From Phycisphaerae bacterium (GTDB lineage Bacteria; Planctomycetota; Phycisphaerae; UBA1845; Fen-1342): a stretch of DNA of 64,000 bases. The position numbers were made by a program, and so were the translations under genes. The notes under the pieces were generated by a model. It was not told where the DNA came from. It ran no database searches and saw only the letters and a list, made by a program, of their open reading frames with translations. The stretch lies in assembly GCA_963675745.2 (NCBI GenBank), contig CAXXWX010000007.1, positions 1 through 64,000 of the forward strand. Reading direction: 5' to 3'. How positions within the stretch are numbered: position 1 is the stretch's first letter; every line of letters starts with the position of its first letter. Positions 1 to 9,886 of this stretch are shown one piece after another.

Positions 1-2
1 GC

Positions 3-968
3 CCGACCACGCTGCCCGAGTCGGTCATCCCCCGGGATTGCTATCTTGATTCGACCGACGCGCTGGAGTTGAAGAAGATCCCCAAGACGCTGGCGGTAAT
101 CGGGGGCGGCTACATCGGCCTCGAGCTCGGCCAGGTCTACGCGGCCCTGGGATCCAAAGTCACCGTTATTGAGATGCTTGATCGGTTGCTGCCCGGATGT
201 GATACCGACCTCGCGCGCATCCTGACCGCCAGGCTGAAGAAGCAATTCGCCGAGATTCACACCTCGGCCAAGCTCGAGGCGGCCCAGAAAGTCAAGGGTG
301 GCGTCGAGCTCTCGTTTTCCAAGAACGGCAAGACCGCCACGCAGACGTTTGAACAGGTTCTGGTCTCGGTCGGCCGAAAGCCGATCAGCGACGGTATCGG
401 GCTGGAAAACACAAAGGTGAAGGTCAACGAGCGCGGATTTGTCGAGATCAACGAACGTTGCCAGACCTCCGATCCACGGCTCTATGCGATTGGCGATGTA
501 GCCGGCGACCCGATGCTCGCGCACAAAGCCAGCCGCGAGGGCATTGTGGCGGCTGAGAATATCGCCGGCCAAGCGAGCGTGTTCGATGCGCAAGCCATTC
601 CGGCCGTCGTCTACACCAGCCCGGAGATCGCCTGGTGCGGTTTGACCGAGTTGCAAGCCGCGGAACAGGGCACCAAAGTCAAGCTCGGCAAATTCAACTG
701 GGCGGCATCGGGTCGCGCGATCGCCATGGGACGTCCGGAAGGCGTCACCAAGATCATCGCCGACGAACACGGCCGTCGCGTGCTCGGGGTCGGCATTGCC
801 GGTGAGCACGCGGGTGATCTGATCGCCGAGGCGGTGCTGGCCATCGAGATGGGGGCCGAAGTTGAGGACCTGGCCCTGACGATTCACCCGCATCCGGCCA
901 CGTCGGAGACAGTGATGGAGGCCGCCGAGAGTGTGCTCGGTTCCGCGATTCACGCGCTCAAACGCTAA
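3..968 (+). CDS. lpdA: dihydrolipoamide dehydrogenase (5'-truncated by window edge)
   Basis: GGGYIGLE NAD-binding motif, AIGDVAG..MLAHKA, C-terminal HPHPATSE; the frame is open back to the window start. Confidence 0.93.
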   Translation, partial: PTTLPESVIPRDCYLDSTDALELKKIPKTLAVIGGGYIGLELGQVYAALGSKVTVIEMLDRLLPGCDTDLARILTARLKKQFAEIHTSAKLEAAQKVKGGVELSFSKNGKTATQTFEQVLVSVGRKPISDGIGLENTKVKVNERGFVEINERCQTSDPRLYAIGDVAGDPMLAHKASREGIVAAENIAGQASVFDAQAIPAVVYTSPEIAWCGLTELQAAEQGTKVKLGKFNWAASGRAIAMGRPEGVTKIIADEHGRRVLGVGIAGEHAGDLIAEAVLAIEMGAEVEDLALTIHPHPATSETVMEAAESVLGSAIHALKR

Positions 969-975
969 AGCCGGC

Positions 976-2880
976 GTGCCTGCGTGCCGCCAATTGGCAG
1001 CCGCTGGCGTGATGGCGTGTGTCCTGGCGTCGCTGGCCGGCTGCGAGATGCTCGGCGCCACCAGTTCGCCGGACAAGCCACCCCCGACGAGTTTGCTGCG
1101 CATGCAGCGCACCTATGCGGATCTGGCGTCTGGGCGTTTCATCTGCCTGGCGCACTTCGAGAACCCGGACCATGCCGAGTTGCTGCGCGTGGTCGACGCG
1201 CGCGGCGAAGTGGGTGAGCGGCCGCAACCGGCAATCAGCCTGCTGCGCTGTCGTGATGAGACCGGCAGCGGCGGCCTGTACGCCCGGTTGGATGACGCCG
1301 GCGACGAGCTACGCTTTGACGGCGTTCGATCGCAGGAGCTCAAGCTGATTCGCGATTGGCGCGGCTATGCGGTCCTGCTCTTTTCGATACACGGTCCGCC
1401 TGAGGGGGTGCGGCTGGTGTTCAGCGTCAACAGCGGTACCGACGTGCCGCTGCATTGGTCACGCACCGTCTCAGCCACGCCCGGCTGGAATCTGTATCGC
1501 ATCGACCTTGCCGAACTTGGCGTTCATGTGGACCTGTCCGACATCCGTTGCCTGACTTGGAAGCTGGACGGGCCGGCTGCCCCCGTCGAGCTGTATCTCG
1601 ATGACATCATCCTTGCCGACAACACGGCGTTTCTTCCGGGCATGGACCCGCCGATCCGGGAGGGCGCGCTATACGTCTTCGAGCAGGGATGCCGGGCGCA
1701 CGTCGGTGTGGGGGGACGATTCGAACTGGCGTTTGCGGATGGTCTGATCGTCGCCTGGCACTCACGGATCGATCCGCCGGCGCCAAGTATTCCGCCGCAG
1801 CCGACATCGGTCGAACTTGTGGACAGCGCGGTCCAGGCCCGGGTTCCACCCGAGCGACCCAACTTGACCGTGCGTTCGGGGCTTGGGCCACGCCCGGTGC
1901 CGCTTGCCGATGACTGGTATGCCGCGGGCGCGACGCCGGTCGCATATGACGCCGCGGCTCTGTTCGCGCAATGGGGGGCGCGCGTAGCGTCGCGCCAGCG
2001 GTTGCTCGAAGCATCGCAGACGCGCGTGGTCATGGAAGGGGAGTGGCGCTACTTGTCCGCCGACGTGCCCGGCGCCGACCAGACCTCTGCGCTCGACGCG
2101 TGTCCGGCGCACCGATGGCGTTACGTTATTTACCCGACCGGCGAGGTGTTCGTAACGGTGACGTCCAGCGCGGCGACTGCCGAATGGCAGGCACCCCGCG
2201 TCGGCTACGCGCTCGCGCTGGCCGGTCGCCGTGGGTTCCGGCTCGTCGGCGGGGCGACTGACGGCGCGGACGATCTGACGTGGGCACTGGTGGCCCGGGA
2301 TGGTGCTGACGCGGATCTGCTCTGGATTCCGCACGCGCCAAGGCTCGCCCACCACCGGAAGGAGTTGGTTTCGACTGACGAACATCGCCTGGTCGTGTTG
2401 ATGGGGGGCGTTGCGGCCGACCCGCTGATCGAGACCACGCACCTGCTACGCTTCTGGCCCACGGACATCGATGCTGCGCCCGAGGCCGCCTCATTCGCGG
2501 GCGATTTCCAGAACCCGGCAAGCCTGCATCCGACCGCGGGGCACGCGGTGACGGACACCCCCGGTGACCGTGACCACGATGGCTACAACGAGGCGGACGG
2601 TTGCTATGAAGTGGTGGCCGATGGTGGCGTGTTACGCTTTGAATTCGACCCGGGCGAGCACGTACGACATCAGCCACGATTCCGCGTACACGGGACGGGC
2701 GGTGCGCGCTGCTGGGTGTACCTGGACGGTCGGCGGATCAACGCCGTGGGTCGCGATCGCGAAGGGCGCTGCCTGTTCGTGCTACCGCGTGTCGCCGGCC
2801 GACCCGCCCGGGTAGAGGTACATGCGCAGCCGACCGGCTCTGCCCAGCCGGAGGGCACCGAAAGCGCCGCTTCGCCCTGA
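976..2880 (+). CDS. hypothetical lipoprotein with possible carbohydrate-binding-like N-terminal domain
   Basis: Long ORF; lipobox LASLAG-C; GWN..(R)IDL and LYLDDI motifs typical of CBM-like beta-sandwiches; DHDGYNE Ca-loop-like motif. Start uncertain (GTG 976 or ATG 1012). Confidence 0.6.
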   Translation: MPACRQLAAAGVMACVLASLAGCEMLGATSSPDKPPPTSLLRMQRTYADLASGRFICLAHFENPDHAELLRVVDARGEVGERPQPAISLLRCRDETGSGGLYARLDDAGDELRFDGVRSQELKLIRDWRGYAVLLFSIHGPPEGVRLVFSVNSGTDVPLHWSRTVSATPGWNLYRIDLAELGVHVDLSDIRCLTWKLDGPAAPVELYLDDIILADNTAFLPGMDPPIREGALYVFEQGCRAHVGVGGRFELAFADGLIVAWHSRIDPPAPSIPPQPTSVELVDSAVQARVPPERPNLTVRSGLGPRPVPLADDWYAAGATPVAYDAAALFAQWGARVASRQRLLEASQTRVVMEGEWRYLSADVPGADQTSALDACPAHRWRYVIYPTGEVFVTVTSSAATAEWQAPRVGYALALAGRRGFRLVGGATDGADDLTWALVARDGADADLLWIPHAPRLAHHRKELVSTDEHRLVVLMGGVAADPLIETTHLLRFWPTDIDAAPEAASFAGDFQNPASLHPTAGHAVTDTPGDRDHDGYNEADGCYEVVADGGVLRFEFDPGEHVRHQPRFRVHGTGGARCWVYLDGRRINAVGRDREGRCLFVLPRVAGRPARVEVHAQPTGSAQPEGTESAASP

Positions 2881-3031
2881 CGGCCTGCGAGGCGCGGCCA
2901 CGACCCTATTATCACATTGGGCGGGCGGCGACAATTCTCGTCTATCCGCCGACGGCAACGCGTCCACGGGGCGCTGCATGCCGTCGCCTTCGCCCGATCC
3001 GGGGGGGCGCCTGTCGCGTGAATCGGCGGGC

Positions 3032-3040
3032 TGCTATAAT
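3032..3040 (+). promoter_or_regulatory. extended -10 promoter element (TGnTATAAT) upstream of mcsA
   Basis: TGCTATAAT about 38 nt upstream of the GTG start; GGAG RBS at 3067-3070. Confidence 0.6.
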
Positions 3041-3077
3041 CGCGCGTGCGAAGTGAGCATTGATATGGAGTCATGTT

Positions 3078-3581
3078 GTGGGCTTGTGTGAACGCTGCAA
3101 GAAAGCGCAGGCGACATTTCATCTAACCAATATCGACCCGGATGGCGACAAGGTCGAGCGCCACTTGTGCGAGCAGTGCGCCATGCACGAAGGCCTCCTC
3201 CAGGCACAGAAGCCGACGGTCAACGTCAATGACGTGCTCGAGAGTTTCATTGCCAGCGCCAAAGAGCAGCAAGGCGCGCTGGGGAATCTGGTCTGCAAGA
3301 ACTGCGGCATGAGCTACGTCGAGTTTCGCAACCAGGGTCTGCTGGGCTGTGCCGCGGATTACGACGAGTTCGGCGAGCCGCTCAACGAACTGATCGGGCG
3401 CGCGCATGACGGTGCGACGCACCATGTGGGCAAGTCGCCCAGGTCGGCGGGAACCGCGCGCACGACACAGCAGGACATCCGCCATCTCAAGCGGCAGTTG
3501 GACGAGGCGGTCGCCGCCGAGGATTACGAGCGAGCCGCCGATTTGCGCGATCGCATGAAGGCGATGGAGAGCGATGAGTAA
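3078..3581 (+). CDS. mcsA: McsA, protein-arginine kinase activator (CxxC motifs + UVR domain)
   Basis: CERC, CEQC, CKNC, GCAADY motifs, HVGKSP, C-terminal EDYERAADLRD UVR motif; overlaps mcsB start. Confidence 0.9.
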   Translation: MGLCERCKKAQATFHLTNIDPDGDKVERHLCEQCAMHEGLLQAQKPTVNVNDVLESFIASAKEQQGALGNLVCKNCGMSYVEFRNQGLLGCAADYDEFGEPLNELIGRAHDGATHHVGKSPRSAGTARTTQQDIRHLKRQLDEAVAAEDYERAADLRDRMKAMESDE

Positions 3582-4638
3582 CAACCCGCTGGATGATGTC
3601 GCTCGACGGGCCGGGGAGTGGCTGCGCGGCGAGGGGCCGCTCCACGAGATTGTGATTTCGACCCGCGTGCGCCTGGCGCGCAACATCGACGGCTTTCACT
3701 TCCTCGGCAAAGCCGATACCGAAGAGAAGATCGATATCGCCGAAACGGCGGTCGCGGCGATTAACGCCGCCCGCGAGCTCCATGACTTTGTCCACGTGGA
3801 CGTGGCGGGTTGTGAAGAGCTTGACCGGGCGCTGTTGGTCGAACGCCACCTGATCAGCCGGCAACATGCCGAGAGCAGCGGCGCGCGGCGCCTGGCTTTT
3901 CACCCCACTGAGAATGCCGCCGTCATGGTCAATGAGGAAGACCATCTGCGCATTCAGGTCATGCGCAGCGGACTGCAACTGGGCGCGGCGTGGGAGCAGA
4001 TCGACGCGCTTGACGATGCCCTGGAACAGCAACTCGAATACTCGTTTCACCCCCAGTACGGCTACCTGACGGCTTGCCCGACAAACGTGGGAACCGGCAT
4101 CCGCGTGTCGGTGATGTTGCACTTACCGGCCCTGCGGCTGACCAACGAGCTCGAAAAGGTCGGCCAGGCCGCCAAGGACATGAAGCTGGCCATTCGTGGG
4201 CTGCACGGTGAAGGCAGCGAAGCCCTCGGTGACTTCTTCCAGATTTCCAACCAGCTCACCCTGGGCCGCACCGAATCCGACGTGCTCGACGATTTTCGCA
4301 ACGTGGTGATTCCGAAAATCGTCGACTACGAAAAGGCGGCCCGTACCGCGCTGATCGGCAACCGGGCCGCCGCGCTGGACGATAAGATCTTCCGCGCTCT
4401 GGGTACGTTGCGCAGCGCCCGGCTGATGAGTTCGAGCGAGGCCATGCAGAATCTGTCACACGTGCGCATGGGCCTGCACTGCGGTCGCGTTGATGACGTC
4501 ACGCTGCAAACCGTCAACGAGCTGTTTCTCCACACGCAGCCGGCTCACCTGCAGAAACTACAGGGCATGCGCCTTAACGGCGAGCAGCGCAGCGTTACCC
4601 GCGCCGCGCTGATCAGGAATCGCATCAGCAACAACTAA
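3574..4638 (+). CDS. mcsB: McsB protein arginine kinase
   Basis: ISTRVRLARN, VNEEDHLRIQ, GYLTACPTNVGTG, FQISNQLTLG motifs of the ATP:guanido phosphotransferase family. Confidence 0.95.
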   Translation: MSNNPLDDVARRAGEWLRGEGPLHEIVISTRVRLARNIDGFHFLGKADTEEKIDIAETAVAAINAARELHDFVHVDVAGCEELDRALLVERHLISRQHAESSGARRLAFHPTENAAVMVNEEDHLRIQVMRSGLQLGAAWEQIDALDDALEQQLEYSFHPQYGYLTACPTNVGTGIRVSVMLHLPALRLTNELEKVGQAAKDMKLAIRGLHGEGSEALGDFFQISNQLTLGRTESDVLDDFRNVVIPKIVDYEKAARTALIGNRAAALDDKIFRALGTLRSARLMSSSEAMQNLSHVRMGLHCGRVDDVTLQTVNELFLHTQPAHLQKLQGMRLNGEQRSVTRAALIRNRISNN

Positions 4639-4650
4639 GCGGGGCGCCCC

Positions 4651-5022
4651 ATGTCGCGCAATCCGGTCTGTTACTGGGAGCTGGCCTCGCACAACGCCGA
4701 ACAGTCAGCCGACTTCCTGAAACAGGTGTTTGGCTGGGAGAGCACCTACGATCAGCAGTTCGGCATCCACGAGTTCGCCTCCGGCGCTGATGCCGGCGGC
4801 TTCGCGGGGGGCGGCGTGTTCACGCTGCGCAAAGCGAAGTTGCCCTTCCTTACGATCTACATCAGGGTCGACGATATCGACGCCAAGGCCCAGCGCATTG
4901 TTGAGCTGGGCGGGCACATCGTCGAAGCCCCCTTTGACTTGCCGACCGGCTCGCGCATCTGTCTGTTCAACGAGCCGTCGGGCGTCACTCTGGCGATGAT
5001 TCAGCCGCGCGCCGCCAATTAG
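4651..5022 (+). CDS. VOC/glyoxalase family protein
   Basis: NPVCYWEL...F..VFGW, IYIRVDDIDA...ELGG, FNEPSG motifs. Confidence 0.8.
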   Translation: MSRNPVCYWELASHNAEQSADFLKQVFGWESTYDQQFGIHEFASGADAGGFAGGGVFTLRKAKLPFLTIYIRVDDIDAKAQRIVELGGHIVEAPFDLPTGSRICLFNEPSGVTLAMIQPRAAN

Positions 5023-5950
5023 CTGGTGGCGGCGCATTGCGGGTGTATGGCCCGTCGGGGCCGGCCACATCCGAGGTCGCAGGCAACGGCTCATGGCCAT
5101 CGATCAGCCACAGATAGGATAGCGGCGAACGCCAGGCCGGCGGGATAAACGCCCGCACAAAGCCGCGTGTCAGCGCCCGCCCGAACAGCACGCCGGCCAG
5201 CCCGCCAAGCGCCTGGAGAGCCAGGTGATAAGTGATGTAGCCCAGGGCCCACCAGAGCAGATGCGGCGCTTCGTAACACCAGGTGGCCGTCACCAGGACG
5301 GCGACCAATATCGGCCCACTGATCGCGATCACGACATAGACCCGGCGCTTCCAGTGGTAGCAGAGCACCACCAGCAGCAGGGCGGCGACAAACGCGAGGC
5401 CGACCGATGCGCACGAGACGGCCGCCATGAACAGCTCGTAGTCGTCAAAGTCCGGATTGACTATCAGGTTGCGCGGACGGCCGACTTTGTAAATGGTCGT
5501 GGTCTGCCCCGGCGCCGTCGTCGTGCTTGTGATTGTCAGGCCGGGGATGTTTGGAATGGCGGCGATCGGGATGGGCGACACTGTTGGCGCTCCCAGACGC
5601 TCCCAGGTCGTCAGCTCATCGAGTGTGCCGAAGCCGATGCCGAACGCGGCGGCAACCGTGCCCGCCGCCGCCGCCAGCACGCACGCCACCCACAGCAACA
5701 GGGCCAGCGATGACAGACGCCGAAACCAGGCCCTGGACGCGGTGGCGCCGTCGGCGGCCGCATGGTAACGTCCACATTCCGGGCAGCGGGTCAACAGAAC
5801 ATCGGTGCGCGGATCACGCCGAACCGCCTGCGTGTGCAGGTTGTAGCCGCAAGCCTCGCAGTAACGGTCGACCTCGACCACGGCTACTTGCGGAAGGTCT
5901 TCGAATCTAAAACGCGTCTCGGGTTGTGCTGGGGCCTGTTCGCTATCCAT
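4985..5950 (-). CDS. membrane protein with N-terminal Zn-ribbon
   Basis: YCEACGYNL...RCPECG followed by about 4 hydrophobic helices; converges on and overlaps the VOC gene end. Confidence 0.65.
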   Translation of the reverse strand: MDSEQAPAQPETRFRFEDLPQVAVVEVDRYCEACGYNLHTQAVRRDPRTDVLLTRCPECGRYHAAADGATASRAWFRRLSSLALLLWVACVLAAAAGTVAAAFGIGFGTLDELTTWERLGAPTVSPIPIAAIPNIPGLTITSTTTAPGQTTTIYKVGRPRNLIVNPDFDDYELFMAAVSCASVGLAFVAALLLVVLCYHWKRRVYVVIAISGPILVAVLVTATWCYEAPHLLWWALGYITYHLALQALGGLAGVLFGRALTRGFVRAFIPPAWRSPLSYLWLIDGHEPLPATSDVAGPDGPYTRNAPPPANWRRAAESSPE

Positions 5951-6089
5951 TTGCCAGATTGCTCGCGTCGCGCTCCGGGTGTATTCGCAAGTGTGCCTTG
6001 GATATTCGGTGAAGATCGGGTCCTGACTCACACCATGTGCCGCCGTCGCCCGGCGTGGGTGGTTGCGATGATCTGTAAACACGCATGCC

Positions 6090-7022
6090 TCAATCTACTG
6101 GATCGTCACCACCGGTGCGCTGTACCGCGCGTGCGATGCGCCGAGCTCGTTGCCAGCCGAGCAGAACCCATCCGGCCACACCCAGCAGGATCAGCGGTCC
6201 GCCGACCAGGGTCGCCCGTGGCACGGGCTCCCCCAGCACCAGGAATGTCCACAGCGGGTTCAGCAGGGGTTCGAGCAGGATGATCAACGCCGCCTTATGG
6301 GCCTCGACGTGCCGCAGGGCCCACGAGAAGAGCACATACGGCAGCGTAAACTGCACAAGCGCCATGATCAGCATCAGTCCCCACTGTGTCGGCGACATCG
6401 CGAACGTGCTGACGAGTGCGACCGGAATCGCCAGCACCAGCCCCGAGCCGAGCGCGTTCATGCCCGCGACAAACAGCGGGTTCACCGGCCGCAGTGCGCG
6501 GAGCGTAATTGTCAGCGAACCGAAGCCGAAACCGCTCAACAATGCGACCAGCAACCAGCGCGAATCGTGCCCCGTATTGCCCGCGAAGATGATCACGACG
6601 CCCGCCATCGCCAGCACGAGCACGAGCCCTTCCGTCAGTCGCGGTTTCTCATTCAGCAGGATGGGCGACAGCAGGAACACCCAGATCGGCGAGGTGTATT
6701 GCAGGATGATGGCGTTTGCGGCGGCCATTTGTGTTGTGGCCACAACGAACGACACGGTCATCAGCGTGAACAGCAGCACGGAGGCAATTGGCCAACCGGG
6801 GCCGACGCGCCGCAGGCTGGGCAGTTGCCGATAGACCAGCGGCACGAACACGACGCCGCCCAGCAGTGAGCGATAGCACGCAATCGTCAGCGCGGAGACA
6901 CCCGGGAAGCCCTCGCGCGGCATCATCAGGATCTTGATCAGCGCGCCGTTTAAGCTCCAGAACAGCGCGCACAGCAAGAGCGCGACGATGGGGATCAACG
7001 TGTGAGTGTGTCGCCGCTGCAT
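6090..7022 (-). CDS. EamA/DMT family transporter
   Basis: About 10 TM helices; ANAIILQYTSPIWV and LLEPLLNPLW motifs. Confidence 0.85.
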   Translation of the reverse strand: MQRRHTHTLIPIVALLLCALFWSLNGALIKILMMPREGFPGVSALTIACYRSLLGGVVFVPLVYRQLPSLRRVGPGWPIASVLLFTLMTVSFVVATTQMAAANAIILQYTSPIWVFLLSPILLNEKPRLTEGLVLVLAMAGVVIIFAGNTGHDSRWLLVALLSGFGFGSLTITLRALRPVNPLFVAGMNALGSGLVLAIPVALVSTFAMSPTQWGLMLIMALVQFTLPYVLFSWALRHVEAHKAALIILLEPLLNPLWTFLVLGEPVPRATLVGGPLILLGVAGWVLLGWQRARRIARAVQRTGGDDPVD

Positions 7023-7087
7023 GGGGCGGGTTATAGTCAATCAAAGGCACCAATGTAAGCCACTCGCGAATCCGCGCGGCCGCCGCG

Positions 7088-8266
7088 CTAAACTTCCGCC
7101 AGCATTTTCAGATAGCTCTGGTAACGCCGGGGACTGATTGCGCCGGCTTCGACCGCCGCAATGATGGCGCATCCGTCCTCGTGTCGATGAGAGCAGTCAC
7201 TGAAACGGCATTGGCCGACGCGCGGCACGAACTCCACGAAGTGAGCCTCGAGTTCGCCCGGCTCTATGTTCCAGAGATCGAAGGCCCGAATGCCGGGTGT
7301 ATCCACCACATATCCCCCGAAATCCAGCGTCAACAGCTCCGCCAGCGACGTCGTGTGCCGGCCCTTCTCGGTGTCCTTGCTCACCTCGCGGACCGACAAG
7401 GCCAGGTGCGGCTGGATCGCGTTGAGCAGCGAACTCTTGCCCACCCCGCTCTGACCCGACAAGACGGTGATATGCCCGCGAAGCGCGGCACGCAACTCGT
7501 CGAGCCCCGTGCCGTCGACAGCGCTTGTGAGCAGACACTCATAGCCCAGACTGCGAAACTCCTCGATCGCCTCCATCACCGTCAGCGTCCGGTCGCAGTG
7601 ACCGTCGGCGTCTTCGGTCAACGCCGCCAGGTTGTCGCTCAGCAGATCGATCTTGTTGAAGCATAAAAGCGGTCGCAGCTTGCCCCTTTCCGCAGCCACC
7701 AGGTACCGGTCGACCAGGTGGGGCTTGGGACGGGGCTGGGCCACGCTGACCACCGCCAGCAGCAGATCGGCATTGGCGACAATCGCATGTTCGCGCTGGC
7801 GCCGGTCACGGCGGGAGAGCGTGCTGCGACGTTCCTCCACGCGCTCAATAACACCAACCTGCTCGCCGTCACAATACGTGCTGACGTCGGCAAACCACAC
7901 ACGGTCGCCGACCGTGATCGCTGACCGCTGCGCGATCTGCATTGTGCGAAGCACACGCCGCGCCGTGCATTCCCAGTTGCGCCCGTCAGCGCCGTTCACG
8001 TTGCAGATCAGGCCGTGGACTTTGGTGACGATGCCGGGCAGCCACTGCGATTCATCCACCTCCGGGAGACTGTCTTCCCCGACAATAACGGTGCGCTTGC
8101 GCGACAGGTCGCCCTTGGCCCGGACTGACTCGCTGTGCCGCTCATCATCGAGCTGATCATCGCCGGCATGAAAGCGGCGCGTCCAATCGTCAGACCGGCT
8201 CCGCTGCTCGCGGTTCTGACGGAAGTCGACGCGTATCTTTCGATTGCGGCGGCGTTTGTTTGCCAT
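7088..8266 (-). CDS. rsgA: ribosome small subunit-dependent GTPase A
   Basis: Circularly permuted GTPase motifs NKID, GQSGVGKSS, GRHTT, DTPG; C-terminal CRFSDCSH.HEDGC zinc finger. Confidence 0.95.
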   Translation of the reverse strand: MANKRRRNRKIRVDFRQNREQRSRSDDWTRRFHAGDDQLDDERHSESVRAKGDLSRKRTVIVGEDSLPEVDESQWLPGIVTKVHGLICNVNGADGRNWECTARRVLRTMQIAQRSAITVGDRVWFADVSTYCDGEQVGVIERVEERRSTLSRRDRRQREHAIVANADLLLAVVSVAQPRPKPHLVDRYLVAAERGKLRPLLCFNKIDLLSDNLAALTEDADGHCDRTLTVMEAIEEFRSLGYECLLTSAVDGTGLDELRAALRGHITVLSGQSGVGKSSLLNAIQPHLALSVREVSKDTEKGRHTTSLAELLTLDFGGYVVDTPGIRAFDLWNIEPGELEAHFVEFVPRVGQCRFSDCSHRHEDGCAIIAAVEAGAISPRRYQSYLKMLAEV

Positions 8267-8417
8267 GGCGGTATTCTAAGCTGGAAATCCCTGCGCGGTC
8301 GCCGGATTGTGGGGATCGCTTGCGTTTGCGGGAGCTGAACAGGCCCCCTGGTAGCGTTGCGGTCGGCCGCCATTTCCGGCACAATTCGGTATCTGACGGG
8401 GCCAAAAGGGAGCAAAA

Positions 8418-9779
8418 ATGGCGGACTTGGCGCACACGGTGGCGGAGTGGGCGGCGAACACGGACTTCCAATCACTCGGCAACGTCACTGTACACGAGGT
8501 TAAGCGCCGCGTTCTCGACGCGCTCGGCTGCGCGCTCGGGGCCTGGAACAGCCGACCCGCGCGCGTTACGCGCGGCGTGGCGGAGTCCGTTTCCGCACCC
8601 GACGGCGCCGGGCTGATCGGCTCCCGGCATCGTACCACGCCCGACCTGGCCGCATTTCGTAATGGCGCGCTCATTCGCTACCTGGATTTCAACGACACCT
8701 ACCTCTCCAAAGAGCCGGCCCACCCGAGCGACAATATCGCCGCGGCACTGGCCGTCGGGCAGAGTCAGAAGGCTGCCGGCCGCGACATCATCACCGCGAT
8801 CGCGCTCGGGTACGAGCTCCAATGCCGCTTGTGCGACGCGGCTTCGTTGCGGGCACACGGCTGGGACCATGTTTACTACGGTGCGCTCTCATCGGCCCTG
8901 CTGGCCAGCAAGCTCTACGGCTTGAACGTCGAACAGACCGCGCACGCACTCGGCCTGGCCGGCGTGTGCAACTTCGCGACGCGCCAGACACGTACCGGCC
9001 AGATCTCCGACTGGAAGGCGTGCGCATTCTCGAATGCCGCGCGCAACGGCGTTTTCGCCGCCAACCTGGCTCGTCTGGGCATGACCGGCCCAAGCGAGAT
9101 CTTCGAGGGGCCCAAGGGGCTGATGCAGATGGTAACCGGGCCATTCGATCTGGCCTGGTCGAGCGGCCCCGACGACTGGATGATCAACAAGACCTACATC
9201 AAATTCTGGCCCGCCGAATATCATGCCCAGTCCGCCATCGACGCGACCCTTCAGCTCAAGCCGGCCGTGGGCGATTACACGAACATCACCAGCATTCTGA
9301 TCGAGAGTTTTGAAGCGGCGGTTTCGATCATTGGCAGTGAGCCCGAGAAGTGGCGCCCCACCAGCCGCGAGACGGCCGACCACAGTATGCCCTACATGGT
9401 CGCCTGGGCGCTCATCGACGGTGAGCTGACGCGCGCGTCATTTGATGCCGAGCGGCTGGCTGATCCGCGCGTGCTCGGCCTGCTTGACAAGACCCGCATC
9501 GTTGAGACCGAGGCGTGCAACCAGGGTTATCCCGCGGGCATTCCCAACAATATAATCATTGAAACCGCCGGTGGCCGTTCATACGCCAAACGCGTCGATT
9601 TTCCGCGCGGGCACGCCGGCAATCCGATGACCGACGACGAGGTTTACAGCAAATTCCGCGGACTGGCGCATGGGGTCGTGACTGACAACACCGCCGCGCA
9701 GATTATTGAGCGGGCGATGCGTCTGGATGAATTGGTGGATGTCGCCGCGCTCCTCGAGTTCGATACTGTCGGGGATTGA
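8418..9779 (+). CDS. prpD: 2-methylcitrate dehydratase (MmgE/PrpD family)
   Basis: RYLDFNDTYLSKEPAHPSDN, KFWPAEYHAQ, RETADHSMPY; operon context. Confidence 0.92.
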   Translation: MADLAHTVAEWAANTDFQSLGNVTVHEVKRRVLDALGCALGAWNSRPARVTRGVAESVSAPDGAGLIGSRHRTTPDLAAFRNGALIRYLDFNDTYLSKEPAHPSDNIAAALAVGQSQKAAGRDIITAIALGYELQCRLCDAASLRAHGWDHVYYGALSSALLASKLYGLNVEQTAHALGLAGVCNFATRQTRTGQISDWKACAFSNAARNGVFAANLARLGMTGPSEIFEGPKGLMQMVTGPFDLAWSSGPDDWMINKTYIKFWPAEYHAQSAIDATLQLKPAVGDYTNITSILIESFEAAVSIIGSEPEKWRPTSRETADHSMPYMVAWALIDGELTRASFDAERLADPRVLGLLDKTRIVETEACNQGYPAGIPNNIIIETAGGRSYAKRVDFPRGHAGNPMTDDEVYSKFRGLAHGVVTDNTAAQIIERAMRLDELVDVAALLEFDTVGD

Positions 9780-9886
9780 GCATGCGGCGCGTTTGTGTGA
9801 TCGCGGGCGCGTAGCGGGTATGGGTCGCCGAGCGGCGGCGGCCGGTCAAGTCAGGGAACGGCCAACCACAGAACGTGAGGATCAAA

